From NCBI GenBank assembly GCA_963702845.1, contig OY969763.1:128001-192000 (forward strand): a stretch of 64,000 bases of DNA, in the 5' to 3' direction. The notes beneath the pieces are model-generated. The model worked only from the letters and a program-made list of their open reading frames with translations, did no database searches and was not told the origin of the DNA. Of this stretch, positions 9,659-19,895 are shown piece after piece. The position numbers were made by a program, and so were the translations under genes. The stretch comes from an uncultured Verrucomicrobiae bacterium (GTDB taxonomy: Bacteria; Verrucomicrobiota; Verrucomicrobiia; Limisphaerales; Palsa-1400). Position 1 is the stretch's first letter. Each line of letters starts with the position of its first letter.

Positions 9659-10746
9659 GTTCTTTTTTTTGACTGCTCTGCTGTGCGCTCTCGGACTGTC
9701 GCCCTTCATCCGAAAAAGCGCGTGCAGGCAGCGGCGGACGGCGGGAGTAGTCTTCAGAGGGCACCGCGAGATCCCCCTGCTGAAGCGCGCCGGTGAGGGC
9801 GATTGGTCGAGTGGCCAGCAGAGGGTGAAAAGGAACCAGAATTCTTTTTAGGGCTCAGGGGAATGGCGAGCGCCGACTGAGCGCGTTAGTCAAATGCGAC
9901 TCCGCCTAACTTCTTTCAAGCTGCGGAGTGGAGGCGTGGCGTGAAGAATGCAAAACGGATTGGCGCGCGCACTGCAGGCCGATGGTGGGGAAGATCGGCC
10001 GACCGCATGTGAGCGTGCCGAGCCGTTTTCCCTGCGTGGCATAAGGCAATATTGTGCGACAAATCCGGTTCGCATCAGTGGGTCTCGCGGGTCCCGCTGT
10101 TGCGATGCGTTATTTCGCAACGGATTTTCTGCACAATGTTTCTTATGTCTTAGCAGTGGTTCGCAAGGCAGACGCCCAGACGCGCAGTTTCGAGCATCGT
10201 AGCGTCTGCCGATTTCTTCATGACATGCCTGAACGGAGCTTAGCAGTTTCTCGCGGGGTCGCATCAACACGGGCTCGCGGCGGCCGCGATCTCTGACGTG
10301 TGCGCGGAAGCTGAGGATGTCGCCGGCGTTCGTATGGGGACGGGGCGAACGGGAAGGCGATACCGCAGGCTTTTGCGCAGAGGTCAGACTGAAGTTGGGG
10401 GCGACAGTGAGTGCGGCAAATTCAGTGGAGGCCCAGACACGCAGCTCGCGAGTATCGTAGCCGGAACTGAATTGGCCGCTCTCACCGAGCTGGGGCTGTT
10501 TTGCCAGTCTCCACAGATTTGAAACGTCGGAACGGAGGCGTTAGCACGCGGCCACGAAATGGAGGCGTGATGGAAGCGGAGTTGTTCGCTGACACGCGCC
10601 GCAATGTAGCGGAGTGGAGCGTTTTTAATTTGTGGAGTCTGGCTCTTCGGGGCTGCGCAAGGGTGAGGACAACGACGGTGCTTGCACGATGGAGCGACAT
10701 CGGCAGCGACAGTCGAGTCGATGGCGTCACTCTTGTGCGGCAGGGG

Positions 10747-11304
10747 CTACTTGTGAAAGGCAGGGTTTTTTAGTTTGATTCGTCCGAGAACATTGGACCG
10801 GGCCATATTGTTCTCATTGTAAAATGACAGTTCCAATGTCTCTTCGTTCGTAGGGCATTCTGGCCAGGTGATGGCAACGATGCCCGGATGGTTCAGCCAT
10901 CGCCAAGCATGCAATTTCCAAGCGGCCATTATTGTGTAGGGCTCCCCGGGATCCTGGACGGCACACCATGTCCGGCGAGAGCGATCGGGCTCGTATGGAT
11001 TTTCGCTGAACCAAAACACTGCCTCACCCGGGCCCGTATGGAATGGAATCGTATTCGTTTGCATGAAGAGTCGTGGGAAAACTTTCGAGCTCAAGAGGCT
11101 CAGCTTTTGCAAGGCGCGCTTTGCTGGGTTTTGGTTCAGCCACATTTGACTGCGGACGTCGTATGTCGCCTCTATTAGTTTGAGCGTCGGTCCGTTAGGG
11201 ATCGTGATCGTTACCTGGTTAAGTTGAGTTAACCACAACAGAGCAGCGATTCCCACGGCGAGGGCGCAAATAGCCACCAGAGTAAATTGGGTTTTGCGCC
11301 GCAT
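10747..11304 (-). CDS. Membrane-anchored hypothetical protein
   Basis: MRRK followed by a hydrophobic helix. Confidence 0.7.
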   Translation of the reverse strand: MRRKTQFTLVAICALAVGIAALLWLTQLNQVTITIPNGPTLKLIEATYDVRSQMWLNQNPAKRALQKLSLLSSKVFPRLFMQTNTIPFHTGPGEAVFWFSENPYEPDRSRRTWCAVQDPGEPYTIMAAWKLHAWRWLNHPGIVAITWPECPTNEETLELSFYNENNMARSNVLGRIKLKNPAFHK

Positions 11305-11557
11305 GAAAGGAGGTTGGCAGAACAGGGAAAGAGTTCAAGCCGGTGACTAGGTTTAGTCGGAGAACTGGAATTTGAAACGGCTAAGCGGTGGCTTGTCACC
11401 GCGTGCCAGAGCGAGACTGCGTTGGGTTGGTGGGCGTCTTTGGGTTGTATTTGTTTTTGGGGCGAGCTGGGAAGCGAGGGGGTTCTTTTGGGCTCGCGTG
11501 GCGCGCGTTCAGTATGCCGGGGAGGGGGCGAACCTGTGGCTAGTCGCGAGGAGCGGT

Positions 11558-11627
11558 GCCCCCTCCCCCGCTGCTAGACGTCGCCCGCTTTTAGCGGAAC
11601 TGCGACGTTACCAGCGGGGGAGGGGGC
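11558..11627. repeat. Strong GC-rich inverted repeat
   Basis: Perfect 16-bp arms GCCCCCTCCCCCGCTG / CAGCGGGGGAGGGGGC plus inner stems. Confidence 0.85.
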
Positions 11628-11799
11628 GCGGGTTGGTGGGGGGCCCCGCGACGAGGCGGGCAATGCGCGGGCGGCGCGAGGGGGAAATGGGCGGGTGCCG
11701 CCGGCGTGCGGCGGGGAAATCAGTAGGACGTAGCGAGAAGGGAAACAGGGCGAGCGGAGTTCCGTTCAACCCTCTGAGCCTGGCGAACAAATGTTGTCT

Positions 11800-12258
11800 T
11801 TAATGCTGCGGAGGACCAACTGGCGTTGCTTGCTCTGTTTGAACCGTCTGACGCTGGCGCTTCGCATTCTTCAGTGCATACATGATCGCATAGACTAGCC
11901 ATGGCCACGTCAACAGCGCCTCCCATCCAGGAAAGGGATTGCGGATGGTGAACAACCCCATTACCCAAGTGCGAATGATGATCGTAAACGCAGCCGCGAT
12001 GGTGAATGCACCGGTCTGGTAGTTGCCTTTCGTTCCTCGTTTTAGCAGGACGCGTCCTAGTAAACAAAGTGCTCCTACGATTACGTCCCAGAAGGTTCCC
12101 CAGAGGAGGGCTCTTACGTTTCGAGCGTCGCCACGTCGTTGAAATTCCGAAATGAGTAACAGATTGAGCAGTGCGGCTGCCCAATAAACGACTGTGAGGA
12201 TTGCCAGGGAAATTGACACTGGCTTCCACCGCAGAAAGGATCTCACCTCAGTATTCAT
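11800..12258 (-). CDS. Four-TM membrane protein
   Basis: Four hydrophobic segments. Confidence 0.7.
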   Translation of the reverse strand: MNTEVRSFLRWKPVSISLAILTVVYWAAALLNLLLISEFQRRGDARNVRALLWGTFWDVIVGALCLLGRVLLKRGTKGNYQTGAFTIAAAFTIIIRTWVMGLFTIRNPFPGWEALLTWPWLVYAIMYALKNAKRQRQTVQTEQATPVGPPQH

Positions 12259-12661
12259 AAGTACAACTTGGCGCGGCTGAAGGTAGCCAGCTGAGAAAGC
12301 GATGACAACGCCAACCTGCTAGCTTATGTGAATTGGCCAACTGAAATCGTGCGGAGCACTGCTGCCGAGTCTGCGAGGCGGCAAAGAGGGTGGTTGGAAT
12401 ACGGTCGCGCTGGGCGACTAACGCCGCCGCGAACGATACCGCCACGGCTGACGCGAACGGGGAAAATACCGGGACCAACCCATAACCACGATGAACACCC
12501 ACAGAGTACTGCGCCCACCACGGTAACCGCGGCACGCACCACTGAGGCGACCCGCACGACATCCAGAACTGAACTGGCTTATGAACACCATCATTATAAA
12601 ACCGCAACACCGAACCACGAAACCCGACTAGCGCCTGTTTTATTTTTTGTATTTTTTTCAT
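12248..12661 (-). CDS. Possible hypothetical protein (may be degenerate)
   Basis: MKKIQKIK start after an A-rich leader; no recognisable motif. Confidence 0.3.
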   Translation of the reverse strand: MKKIQKIKQALVGFRGSVLRFYNDGVHKPVQFWMSCGSPQWCVPRLPWWAQYSVGVHRGYGLVPVFSPFASAVAVSFAAALVAQRDRIPTTLFAASQTRQQCSARFQLANSHKLAGWRCHRFLSWLPSAAPSCTYEY

Positions 12662-13087
12662 CACATTGACTTTGAAAAAAATCAAAAAATAAAACTGGTG
12701 CGGTAGATCGCGGGAACCAACGTCGACAACCCTGCGCTCCAGTCGCGAGCATCAAAACAATTATATGGATCTCTGACTTCCAGACGGCGAAGGCTAAGCG
12801 GTGTGCAGACGGATCAGCAGCAGGTGTGACAGGGCACTGACTGACTAAATCAAAAATCAATTATCTCAGTGCCCTGGCGCATCTGCTGCCCGGCTGCACA
12901 GCGCGTGCCGGATGGGCGTTGGACGAGTTGAGGTGTTGAGAAGCGCAATTGATATTGTGCGTGCGAAGCGTGGGACGTTGGACAATCCGCGACGTTGGGT
13001 TGGTTTGGTGGCTAACTGATGCCGAAGGTTCGTAACAAATGAGCGACTGGCGGCTGCGCTGCTCTGAACGGTTCGTGTTATAGCAAC

Positions 13088-13134
13088 GCAGCGCGGGTGC
13101 CAGGCGCGCAACTGACTTCTTTTATGTAATCGGC
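13088..13134 (+). repeat. Family-C repeat, copy inside the prophage
   Basis: gcagcgcgggtgccaggcgcgcaactgacttcttttatgtaatc resembles 47112-47160 and 55551-55600. Confidence 0.75.
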
Positions 13135-13225
13135 ATCAGAATTATCGCACGCGTCGAGCAAGCGCGAAGCGGCTGCCGTTGGGAATTGTGCTGCAATCGG
13201 GGCACCTCCGTCGTCGTCGCCGTGG

Positions 13226-13714
13226 TCACGAGACGTCACCGCTTTTTCCACAAAACGGCAAATGCGTGAACTCGAGCACTTCCTGAGCGAACCTCTGCGC
13301 CAGCACCGCGTGCTCGGCGCCGTGGTTGTTCGTGGTAAAGGCGGCGAGTTGGACGAACTTGCCCGACCGGAGCAGCAAGCCGACGATACTATCGTGACCG
13401 TCGGATCCCATATACTGACAACGTATCGAAACGCCCTCGATGTCATTGGTCGCAATTTCCCTCCGTCTGAGAGTGACCAAGTCCCACGTTCGTGTGACAA
13501 CCAGTAGATTTCCCGCAGGCGTCAGGCCAATTTGCCGGAAGTTGCCGGCTAGAACGAAGGTAATCGCGCCGACGACGAAAGCAACTGCATCGGCGACAAG
13601 GCTGACGTGGCCGACGACAAAGACGCAAAAAAGGATGGCACTGCAGATAAAAACGCGCGGCACCCACCGGTCCCGCCGCACTTCCGATTTCAAAAACACG
13701 TCGTTCGTCGGCAT
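13226..13714 (-). CDS. Two-TM protein with a PH-like C-terminal domain
   Basis: Probable start MPTNDVF; two TM helices then a beta-rich region. Confidence 0.6.
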   Translation of the reverse strand: MPTNDVFLKSEVRRDRWVPRVFICSAILFCVFVVGHVSLVADAVAFVVGAITFVLAGNFRQIGLTPAGNLLVVTRTWDLVTLRRREIATNDIEGVSIRCQYMGSDGHDSIVGLLLRSGKFVQLAAFTTNNHGAEHAVLAQRFAQEVLEFTHLPFCGKSGDVS

Positions 13715-13949
13715 GCCGCAGTCTAAAAGCAACAATAGAACAGCGCGTTTTATATCACCAACGGGCGCTGGTCGCAATCACCGAGAGCGGACGGCTGCGG
13801 CGTAGGAGCGTTGCGATAGCATCGCGACGGAGCCGCTGCCGGACGCGTGCGTTGGAACCACGCAGCACGGAAAATTGCGCAAAGGTCGCGTAGTTTCGCT
13901 TAGTGTCGCGTTGCTTCGGTAGACCGGAGATGCAGATGTTTGCGAAGAT

Positions 13950-15557
13950 GTGTGCGTGCCAGTTAACACGACACATCCAGAATATGACGCCAGCTTAGCT
14001 TTATGGCTTCGCGCTCGCGATGTGCTGGCTGGCGAAGATTCTGTTAAAGCTGCGGGTGAACGTTATCTGCCGAAGCTGGAGTTGCAGACTGACGACGAGT
14101 TCAAAGCGTATCGCGCTCGTGCTTCGTTCTTCAATGCGACTGGCCGCACGCTGGATGGATACAGTGGGTTGATTTTTCGACGCGCGCCTTTTGTCAAAAT
14201 TCCTGAAGGTCCTTCCGGACGGGCAACATCCGGTCGGGCACCGTCCGCGCTCGCTTCTGCGCTCGGGCAGTTTGTCAACGATTGCGACATGCTCGGCACG
14301 TCATTAACCGGCTATGCAAAGGATTTGGTGACGGAGATCATCGGCGTTGGTCGTGCCGGCACGTTGGTTGATTGGGAAGGTGAATTTGAAAATCGCGCCT
14401 ACGTATCGCTGTATGAGGCGGAACAAATCATCAACTGGCGAGTGGAGCGCGTGAACGGGCGCAATGTGCCGACCTTGATCGTGCTGAAGGAAAGTTCGAG
14501 CACGAGTTCAACGGATGGTTTCACCAACGATGTGCTTCCGCAGATTCGGGTTTTGAAGTTGGTCCGCGGTGCGAGCAGCCCCGGCCAAGTGGGCGCAACG
14601 AAATTTTCGTTGGTATACCAAGTCGAAATCTGGCGGCAAGAATCTGCGAGCAAAAAAGGCGACAAAGCTGAATGGGTGTTGACGGAAACGCGCACGCCGT
14701 TGCGTTTCGGCAAGCCGTTGCCACTGATTCCGTTTGTGTTTCATGGGTCGCGGAATTCCCTGCCGTCCATCGATAAGTTGCCGCTGACGGATTTGATTGC
14801 GGTGAATCTGAATCACTATCGCCTCGATGCTGATTACAAGCACGGCATGCATTTCACTGCGCTTCCAACGGCGTGGCTGAGTGGCTTTAAGAAGGACGAG
14901 AAGTTTCAGATTGGCGCTCGTGCTGCGTGGGTTTCTGAAGCAGTTGGGGCGTCGGCTGGTTTTCTGGAATTTACCGGACAAGGGCTCACCACTTTTGAGC
15001 GCGCGATGGATCGTGACGAAAAGCAGATGGCTGTGCTTGGCTCGCGATTGTTGGAGTCGCAGAAGCGCGTGGGGGAAACGGCGCAAGCGATTGAGCTGCG
15101 GCAGAGCGGTGAAAATAGTGTGCTGGCGAATGTGGCCACGAGTTTGAGCGAGTCGCTGACGCAGGTTTTGCGCTGGGTTTATTGGTGGAATTCGACGGAG
15201 GAAACGCCTGAAGCGCTCACTGACAATGTTGTTGTCATTTCGCTTAACACGGATTTCACAACGGCTGGGATGGATAGCAATGAGCTGCGCGAGATCGTTG
15301 CTGCATGGCAAGCGGGTGCAATCAGCCAGGACACGATGCTGGAACTATTCCGGCGTGGAGAAATTTTGCCGGATGGGCGCTCGAATGAGGATGAGGTGGC
15401 TCTCATTAAGGCGGCGGAGTTTCGCGCGAAGGGTGGCAGCGCCACTGGCCACTCCAGTCCCAGCGACCCGTCGAAGAGTCCGGCAGATCAAACACAAACA
15501 TCGGTGCCAGCGCCTGCCGCTGCTGCTGCACCGACGAACCAACCGATGGCGGCATAA
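13950..15557 (+). CDS. Phage portal protein (DUF4055-type)
   Basis: THPEY...GEDSVKAAGERYLPK, Y..RASFFNATGRT, IPFVF, PL.DL..NL.HYR.ADY. Confidence 0.88.
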   Translation: MCVPVNTTHPEYDASLALWLRARDVLAGEDSVKAAGERYLPKLELQTDDEFKAYRARASFFNATGRTLDGYSGLIFRRAPFVKIPEGPSGRATSGRAPSALASALGQFVNDCDMLGTSLTGYAKDLVTEIIGVGRAGTLVDWEGEFENRAYVSLYEAEQIINWRVERVNGRNVPTLIVLKESSSTSSTDGFTNDVLPQIRVLKLVRGASSPGQVGATKFSLVYQVEIWRQESASKKGDKAEWVLTETRTPLRFGKPLPLIPFVFHGSRNSLPSIDKLPLTDLIAVNLNHYRLDADYKHGMHFTALPTAWLSGFKKDEKFQIGARAAWVSEAVGASAGFLEFTGQGLTTFERAMDRDEKQMAVLGSRLLESQKRVGETAQAIELRQSGENSVLANVATSLSESLTQVLRWVYWWNSTEETPEALTDNVVVISLNTDFTTAGMDSNELREIVAAWQAGAISQDTMLELFRRGEILPDGRSNEDEVALIKAAEFRAKGGSATGHSSPSDPSKSPADQTQTSVPAPAAAAAPTNQPMAA

Positions 15558-15569
15558 CTACGAACGATT

Positions 15570-16367
15570 ATGGCACTGAAGTTTAAGTTTAATTCCAAAA
15601 CCGAAATTCCGGCTGAGTTGGCTGCACATTATGTCGAGCGCGATGGCGCTTGGGTTTTGGACGCTGACGGCGATGCCGACAAGGTGTTAGCACACGGCCA
15701 CGATGCCCTCAAAGCCCGGCTGGATGAGTTTCGCAGCACAAACGTCACGCTGCTCAAACAGTTGGATGATCAGAAGAAACGTTTCGAGGGAATTGATCCC
15801 GACGAATTTCGCAAGCTCGCGGATGAAAAACGTCAGCTCGAAGAATCGCAACAACTGAAGGCGGGCGAGTTGGAGAAGGTGGTTGAGAATCGTGTGAAGG
15901 GTTTAAAGGCGGATTGGGACAAGCAACTTACCACGCTGACGTCGGAGCGCGATTCGCTGAACGGCCGGCTCACCGCGATTCAGATCGATCAAGGTGTGGT
16001 CGGTGCTGCGACGAAGCGGGGGCTTCGTGCGACTGCACTTACGGATATTACCTCGCGTGCGCGAAATGTTTTCAAGTTGGTCAATGGCGCGCCGCGCGCG
16101 TTTGAAGCCGATGGCGAGACGGTGCGTTACGGCAAGGATGGCGTGACGCCAATGACTTTGGAGGAGTGGGTGGATACGCAAGTGTCCGAAGCTCCTCACT
16201 TGTTTGAATCTAACGCTGGTGGCGGTGCTGCCGGCAACGGCTCCGGTGGAGCTGGTAATCGGTCCGTGAAAAACCCGTACCGCAAGGAGACGTGGAATCT
16301 CACGGAGCAAATGCACTTACAAAAAACTGATCCGAATCTCGCAGCGCGCCTCAAAGCCGCTGCGTGA
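15570..16367 (+). CDS. Capsid scaffolding protein
   Basis: MALK...YVERDG.WVLD, coiled coil, APHLF..GGG, NPYRKETWNLTEQ. Confidence 0.8.
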   Translation: MALKFKFNSKTEIPAELAAHYVERDGAWVLDADGDADKVLAHGHDALKARLDEFRSTNVTLLKQLDDQKKRFEGIDPDEFRKLADEKRQLEESQQLKAGELEKVVENRVKGLKADWDKQLTTLTSERDSLNGRLTAIQIDQGVVGAATKRGLRATALTDITSRARNVFKLVNGAPRAFEADGETVRYGKDGVTPMTLEEWVDTQVSEAPHLFESNAGGGAAGNGSGGAGNRSVKNPYRKETWNLTEQMHLQKTDPNLAARLKAAA

Positions 16368-16424
16368 AACAGGTCAATCCTCCTTCGCTAAAGCTATGGA
16401 GGATAAACCGGAGAAATAACGTTT

Positions 16425-17435
16425 ATGGCAAAGACAGCAGTGGCGGACATTATCATCCCCACAGAGTTTGAAAAATATGCGATCGAGCGCACCGCTGAAT
16501 TAGCGGCGTTCGGTGAGTGCGGCATTGTCGAGGCATCGCCTGAGTTCGATGCCATCGCTGCCGAAGGTGGACGCGAAGTTAAAATGCCGTTTTGGAAGGA
16601 CCTTTCCGCGACGCGTCAGCTTCTGAGCGATTCGGCAACGCTCGCCGTCAATAAAATCGGCACTGATCAGGATGTCGCGCGTATTCACAATGACGCGCAG
16701 GTCTGGTCTGTGAATCACCTGGCGAAAGTGATTTCAGGCGATGATCCGATGCAGGCGATTGTGGATCTGGTCGCGCAGTATTGGGCGCGCACGGATGAAG
16801 GTCTGGTCGTGTCGTGCCTCAAGGGTATGTTCGCGGCGGGTTCGATGGCGGGTAATCTTCTCGCGATTCATTCGGAGTCGGCGGCTGGCGCTGCTTCGTC
16901 GACGAAATTGACTGGTGCGACGTTCGTGGATGCTTGCGCGAAGTTGGGCGATCGTGCTGACCGGCTCACTGCCGTTGCGATGCACTCGGCGACTGAAGCC
17001 GCGTTGCGAAAGCTCGACCTGATCGACTTCATTCCTGACAGCCAGGGCAAGCCGCTCTTGCGCGTGTTCCAAGGTCGGCGCGTGGTTGTCGATGACAACT
17101 TGCCGACTCGGGCTGGCACGACTGATGGCACGGTCTACACGACGTATCTGTTCGGACAGGGTGCGTTTGCGAAAGGTTCGTCGAAACTCGATTCCACTCC
17201 GCTGCAAGGCGGTATGGGGACTGAAGGTGTCGAGATCGCACGCGTGCCCTTGGATAGCGATACGATTCTGATCAATCGTCGCCGCTATTTGCTGCATCCG
17301 CGGGGCGTGAAGTTTACCAGCGCTTCTGTTGCTGGCGATTCGCCCACGAATGCGGAATTGGAAACCGGCGCGAACTGGACCCGCGTTTGGGAAAACAAAA
17401 ACGTTCGCATCGTTGCGGTGACTCACAACAATTAA
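16425..17435 (+). CDS. Major capsid protein
   Basis: DIIIPTEF, MPFWKDL, DPMQAI, AMHS, LHPRG, SPTNAEL..NW.RV. Confidence 0.88.
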   Translation: MAKTAVADIIIPTEFEKYAIERTAELAAFGECGIVEASPEFDAIAAEGGREVKMPFWKDLSATRQLLSDSATLAVNKIGTDQDVARIHNDAQVWSVNHLAKVISGDDPMQAIVDLVAQYWARTDEGLVVSCLKGMFAAGSMAGNLLAIHSESAAGAASSTKLTGATFVDACAKLGDRADRLTAVAMHSATEAALRKLDLIDFIPDSQGKPLLRVFQGRRVVVDDNLPTRAGTTDGTVYTTYLFGQGAFAKGSSKLDSTPLQGGMGTEGVEIARVPLDSDTILINRRRYLLHPRGVKFTSASVAGDSPTNAELETGANWTRVWENKNVRIVAVTHNN

Positions 17436-17440
17436 CAAAC

Positions 17441-17484
17441 CGGGCGCCGACCCCGCACACCGAACGGTGTCGGGGTGGCGCTCC
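17441..17484 (+). terminator. Hairpin after the capsid gene
   Basis: GGGCGCCGACCCCG..CACCG-AA-CGGTG..CGGGGTGGCGCTC. Confidence 0.55.
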
Positions 17485-17506
17485 CCCTCTTAAGAAAGGA
17501 AATTTT

Positions 17507-17734
17507 ATGGGCAAGCTGATTCCCTGGGGTTCTGAAAAAATTCGGTCGGGTGAGGTCATTCAGATCCCGACGTTCACAAATGTTGCTGCTGCGAACGCTG
17601 CTGGCATTACTGCGGCAAAGTTTCCGCGACGCATTATTTATTTGAGCGCTGGCGGAACTGGTTCTGTGGCGTGCCTCGCAATTTCCGACGGCACGAATTG
17701 GAAACAAGTCGCCATTGGAGCGAACGCCATATGA
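17507..17734 (+). CDS. Small virion/decoration-like protein
   Basis: AAGGA RBS; follows the capsid gene; SDGTNW motif. Confidence 0.65.
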   Translation: MGKLIPWGSEKIRSGEVIQIPTFTNVAAANAAGITAAKFPRRIIYLSAGGTGSVACLAISDGTNWKQVAIGANAI

Positions 17735-17916
17735 ACCCGGCTCGTGACCAATTGTATCCGATCATCCGGCGCGTGCGACGGCCGCTGATTCCCACTGATG
17801 CCGGCACGGCTGCTCCTGCGGTCGTGCCGGCGAAAACGCCTGAGCCTGTCTCGCCTACGCAACCGTCAAAACCTGAAACAACAACAGATGCCCCGCCGAC
17901 GACCTCAGATGACTGA
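17731..17916 (+). CDS. Small hypothetical protein
   Basis: Overlap-coupled to both neighbours. Confidence 0.55.
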   Translation: MNPARDQLYPIIRRVRRPLIPTDAGTAAPAVVPAKTPEPVSPTQPSKPETTTDAPPTTSDD

Positions 17917-18664
17917 TGCGCTTCCAGTTTCGGCAAATGCCGCCGCGTGGTTTGCGATGCAGCAGCAGCGCCGTCGACGTCGCAATTCTTTGGCAGCTGG
18001 CGGACCAGCGCTGGCGAATGTGCCGGGTGATTGCGTGTTGCGTTTGAAAGCGAGCACACTGGATTTGGGTGATGATGATTCGATTGCGTTCTGGCCTGAT
18101 CTGAGCGGCAACGCAAATGACGTTTCGCAAATCACGGTTTCGCAACAGCCGACATTTCAGACAGTGACGTTCGCCGGGAAGACGTTTGCTGTTGCGCGTT
18201 TCGATACTGTCGATGATGGGATGGAGACGCCGGTCGTGATTTCTGGTGCGTTTTCGATTTTCACGTTGTGGAGGTTGGCCGATGCCGATGTGTTTAGCGG
18301 CGCGATTCTGTCGTCCGCTTCAGCCGACTGGACCGTGGGCAATATCAATGGGCAGATGCTTTGTTACTTCGAAGGATGGAGCGCAGCCGCATCTGTCAAT
18401 GATTCGGATTTTTATCTGGTGGAGGCACGCGTGGTTCCTGGGAGCAGCCCGCTCAATATTTATTTGAACGGCGTGCAGGTTGGGATGAGTGGCGGCGGCT
18501 CGGCGGTGCCGTATCAGGTGATGTTGGGAGCTTCGGGCAGTAACGGTTATCCGGGCAATTGCGATTGTGCGGAGATTCTTATTTACGATCGTTTTCTCTC
18601 GGACGATGAGGCGGCCGGCGTGCGCGCCTATTTCCAGGAGGAATACAACTACTTGAAGTTATGA
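17909..18664 (+). CDS. LamG/concanavalin-like lectin-fold virion protein
   Basis: WPDLSGNAN, FDTVDDGM, YLNG, AEILIYDR.LS. Confidence 0.75.
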   Translation: MTDALPVSANAAAWFAMQQQRRRRRNSLAAGGPALANVPGDCVLRLKASTLDLGDDDSIAFWPDLSGNANDVSQITVSQQPTFQTVTFAGKTFAVARFDTVDDGMETPVVISGAFSIFTLWRLADADVFSGAILSSASADWTVGNINGQMLCYFEGWSAAASVNDSDFYLVEARVVPGSSPLNIYLNGVQVGMSGGGSAVPYQVMLGASGSNGYPGNCDCAEILIYDRFLSDDEAAGVRAYFQEEYNYLKL

Positions 18665-18978
18665 GCGTGCGCTATCTCGTCATTATTCCCGCTGCGGATC
18701 AGTCGCAAGCAAATGCTCTGTCGAAATCAGAATTTGATTCTGATGGCGGTGAGAAAACTTTTTCGATTGGGTTGTCAGAAACGGGCAAACCTCCGGCTAC
18801 GCATTATTGGTGCTCGGCTTTGTTCTTTCGCACCGGTCCTGAACGTTTGCTTGCAGCTAAAGCGATTTTTCCTGACGCCGTCGTTGTGGACTACGACGGC
18901 GCAACGGATCCCGGGTTTCCGCAACGCACGATTGCGGAGCTCGGACTGAAACAAGTTGTGACTCTGCCGGATAGATAA
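18661..18978 (+). CDS. Hypothetical phage protein
   Basis: LS.TG..PATHYWC; overlap-coupled. Confidence 0.65.
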   Translation: MSVRYLVIIPAADQSQANALSKSEFDSDGGEKTFSIGLSETGKPPATHYWCSALFFRTGPERLLAAKAIFPDAVVVDYDGATDPGFPQRTIAELGLKQVVTLPDR

Positions 18979-18979
18979 T

Positions 18980-19564
18980 ATGGCGCTCGTTCTCGTCAAA
19001 GAAGATGGCACTGGATTGGCGAATGCGAATTCTTACGCGAGCGCTGCTGATGGTGACGCGTACCACGATGCGCATTTGTATGCAACGTCTTGGACGAGTG
19101 CGACGACGGCCAATAAGGAGAAGGCGCTGGTGTTCGCGACGCGGGTCATTGATTCGCAGTATCGGTTCCATGGAGTTCGCGCGGTCGCCGTGCAAGCGTT
19201 GCAGTGGCCGCGGTCCGATTGTCCCGATCCGGACGCTGCGCCGGATTCCAGTGGAATCGCGGTGTTTGCGAGCAATCAGGTTCCAACCGCTTTGATTAAC
19301 GCGACGTGCGAAATGGCGCGCGCCTTGTTGGCAGCAGATCGAACGGGTGCACCAGCTGGCGAGGGAATTGATACGACCCAGACGTCGGCCTCGAGCGCGA
19401 GTAAGGACGGAACTACGTCGAGCAGCGTCAGCAATAGTTCAATGATGCGATACAGCAAGGTGGATACGCGCCCGACCGTTTCGCAGGCGGCACAAGCGTT
19501 TCTGGCCAAGCTGGGCGATCTACCGGGTCGAGCGAGTGGCGCTGTTCAGCTGGTAAGAGTGTGA
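18980..19564 (+). CDS. Head-tail connector ('DnaT-like' phage family)
   Basis: EDGTGLANANSY, KEKAL..AT..ID, QALQWPR, VP..INATCEMA. Confidence 0.8.
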   Translation: MALVLVKEDGTGLANANSYASAADGDAYHDAHLYATSWTSATTANKEKALVFATRVIDSQYRFHGVRAVAVQALQWPRSDCPDPDAAPDSSGIAVFASNQVPTALINATCEMARALLAADRTGAPAGEGIDTTQTSASSASKDGTTSSSVSNSSMMRYSKVDTRPTVSQAAQAFLAKLGDLPGRASGAVQLVRV

Positions 19565-19574
19565 AAGGAGTTTT

Positions 19575-19895
19575 GTGACGAACATGAACACAACTGAGTT
19601 TTTGAAAGCGGTTGATCACGCGGCGGCGATGAATGACCGCTGGTTATTTTTGGCGGCGTTTTGCCTGCTGCTGTTGCTGTGCGGTGTGGTGATTTATTGG
19701 CTCGTGCGACAGTTGCAATCCCTGATCGCGGACCACAAGGAACTGCGCCACGAGCATCACGCGGCGCTGCAGGAAATCATCAACACACAAAATGAAACTT
19801 CGCTGAAGCTCGCGGTTTGTCTCGATCGGAACACGGCTGCGTTACAGGAGTGCAGTTTCGAACTTCGCAGATTTCAGGAGCAACGAGTTTTATGA
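19575..19895 (+). CDS. Single-TM plus coiled-coil protein (holin-like)
   Basis: One TM helix; late-gene position. Confidence 0.5.
   Translation: MTNMNTTEFLKAVDHAAAMNDRWLFLAAFCLLLLLCGVVIYWLVRQLQSLIADHKELRHEHHAALQEIINTQNETSLKLAVCLDRNTAALQECSFELRRFQEQRVL

Noticed and set aside
12335..12399. Additional attI- or attC-like site before ORF 11800-12258
   Set aside because: Only weak similarity to families A and B; no convincing stem.
13756..13858. attC upstream of the portal gene
   Set aside because: A hairpin and AAC/GTT ends exist, but box spacing is wrong; at most degenerate.
16376..16404. Hairpin CCTCCTTCGCTAAAGCTATGGAGG as a phage-specific regulator
   Set aside because: Resembles a common short dispersed palindrome; single copy here, no further support.
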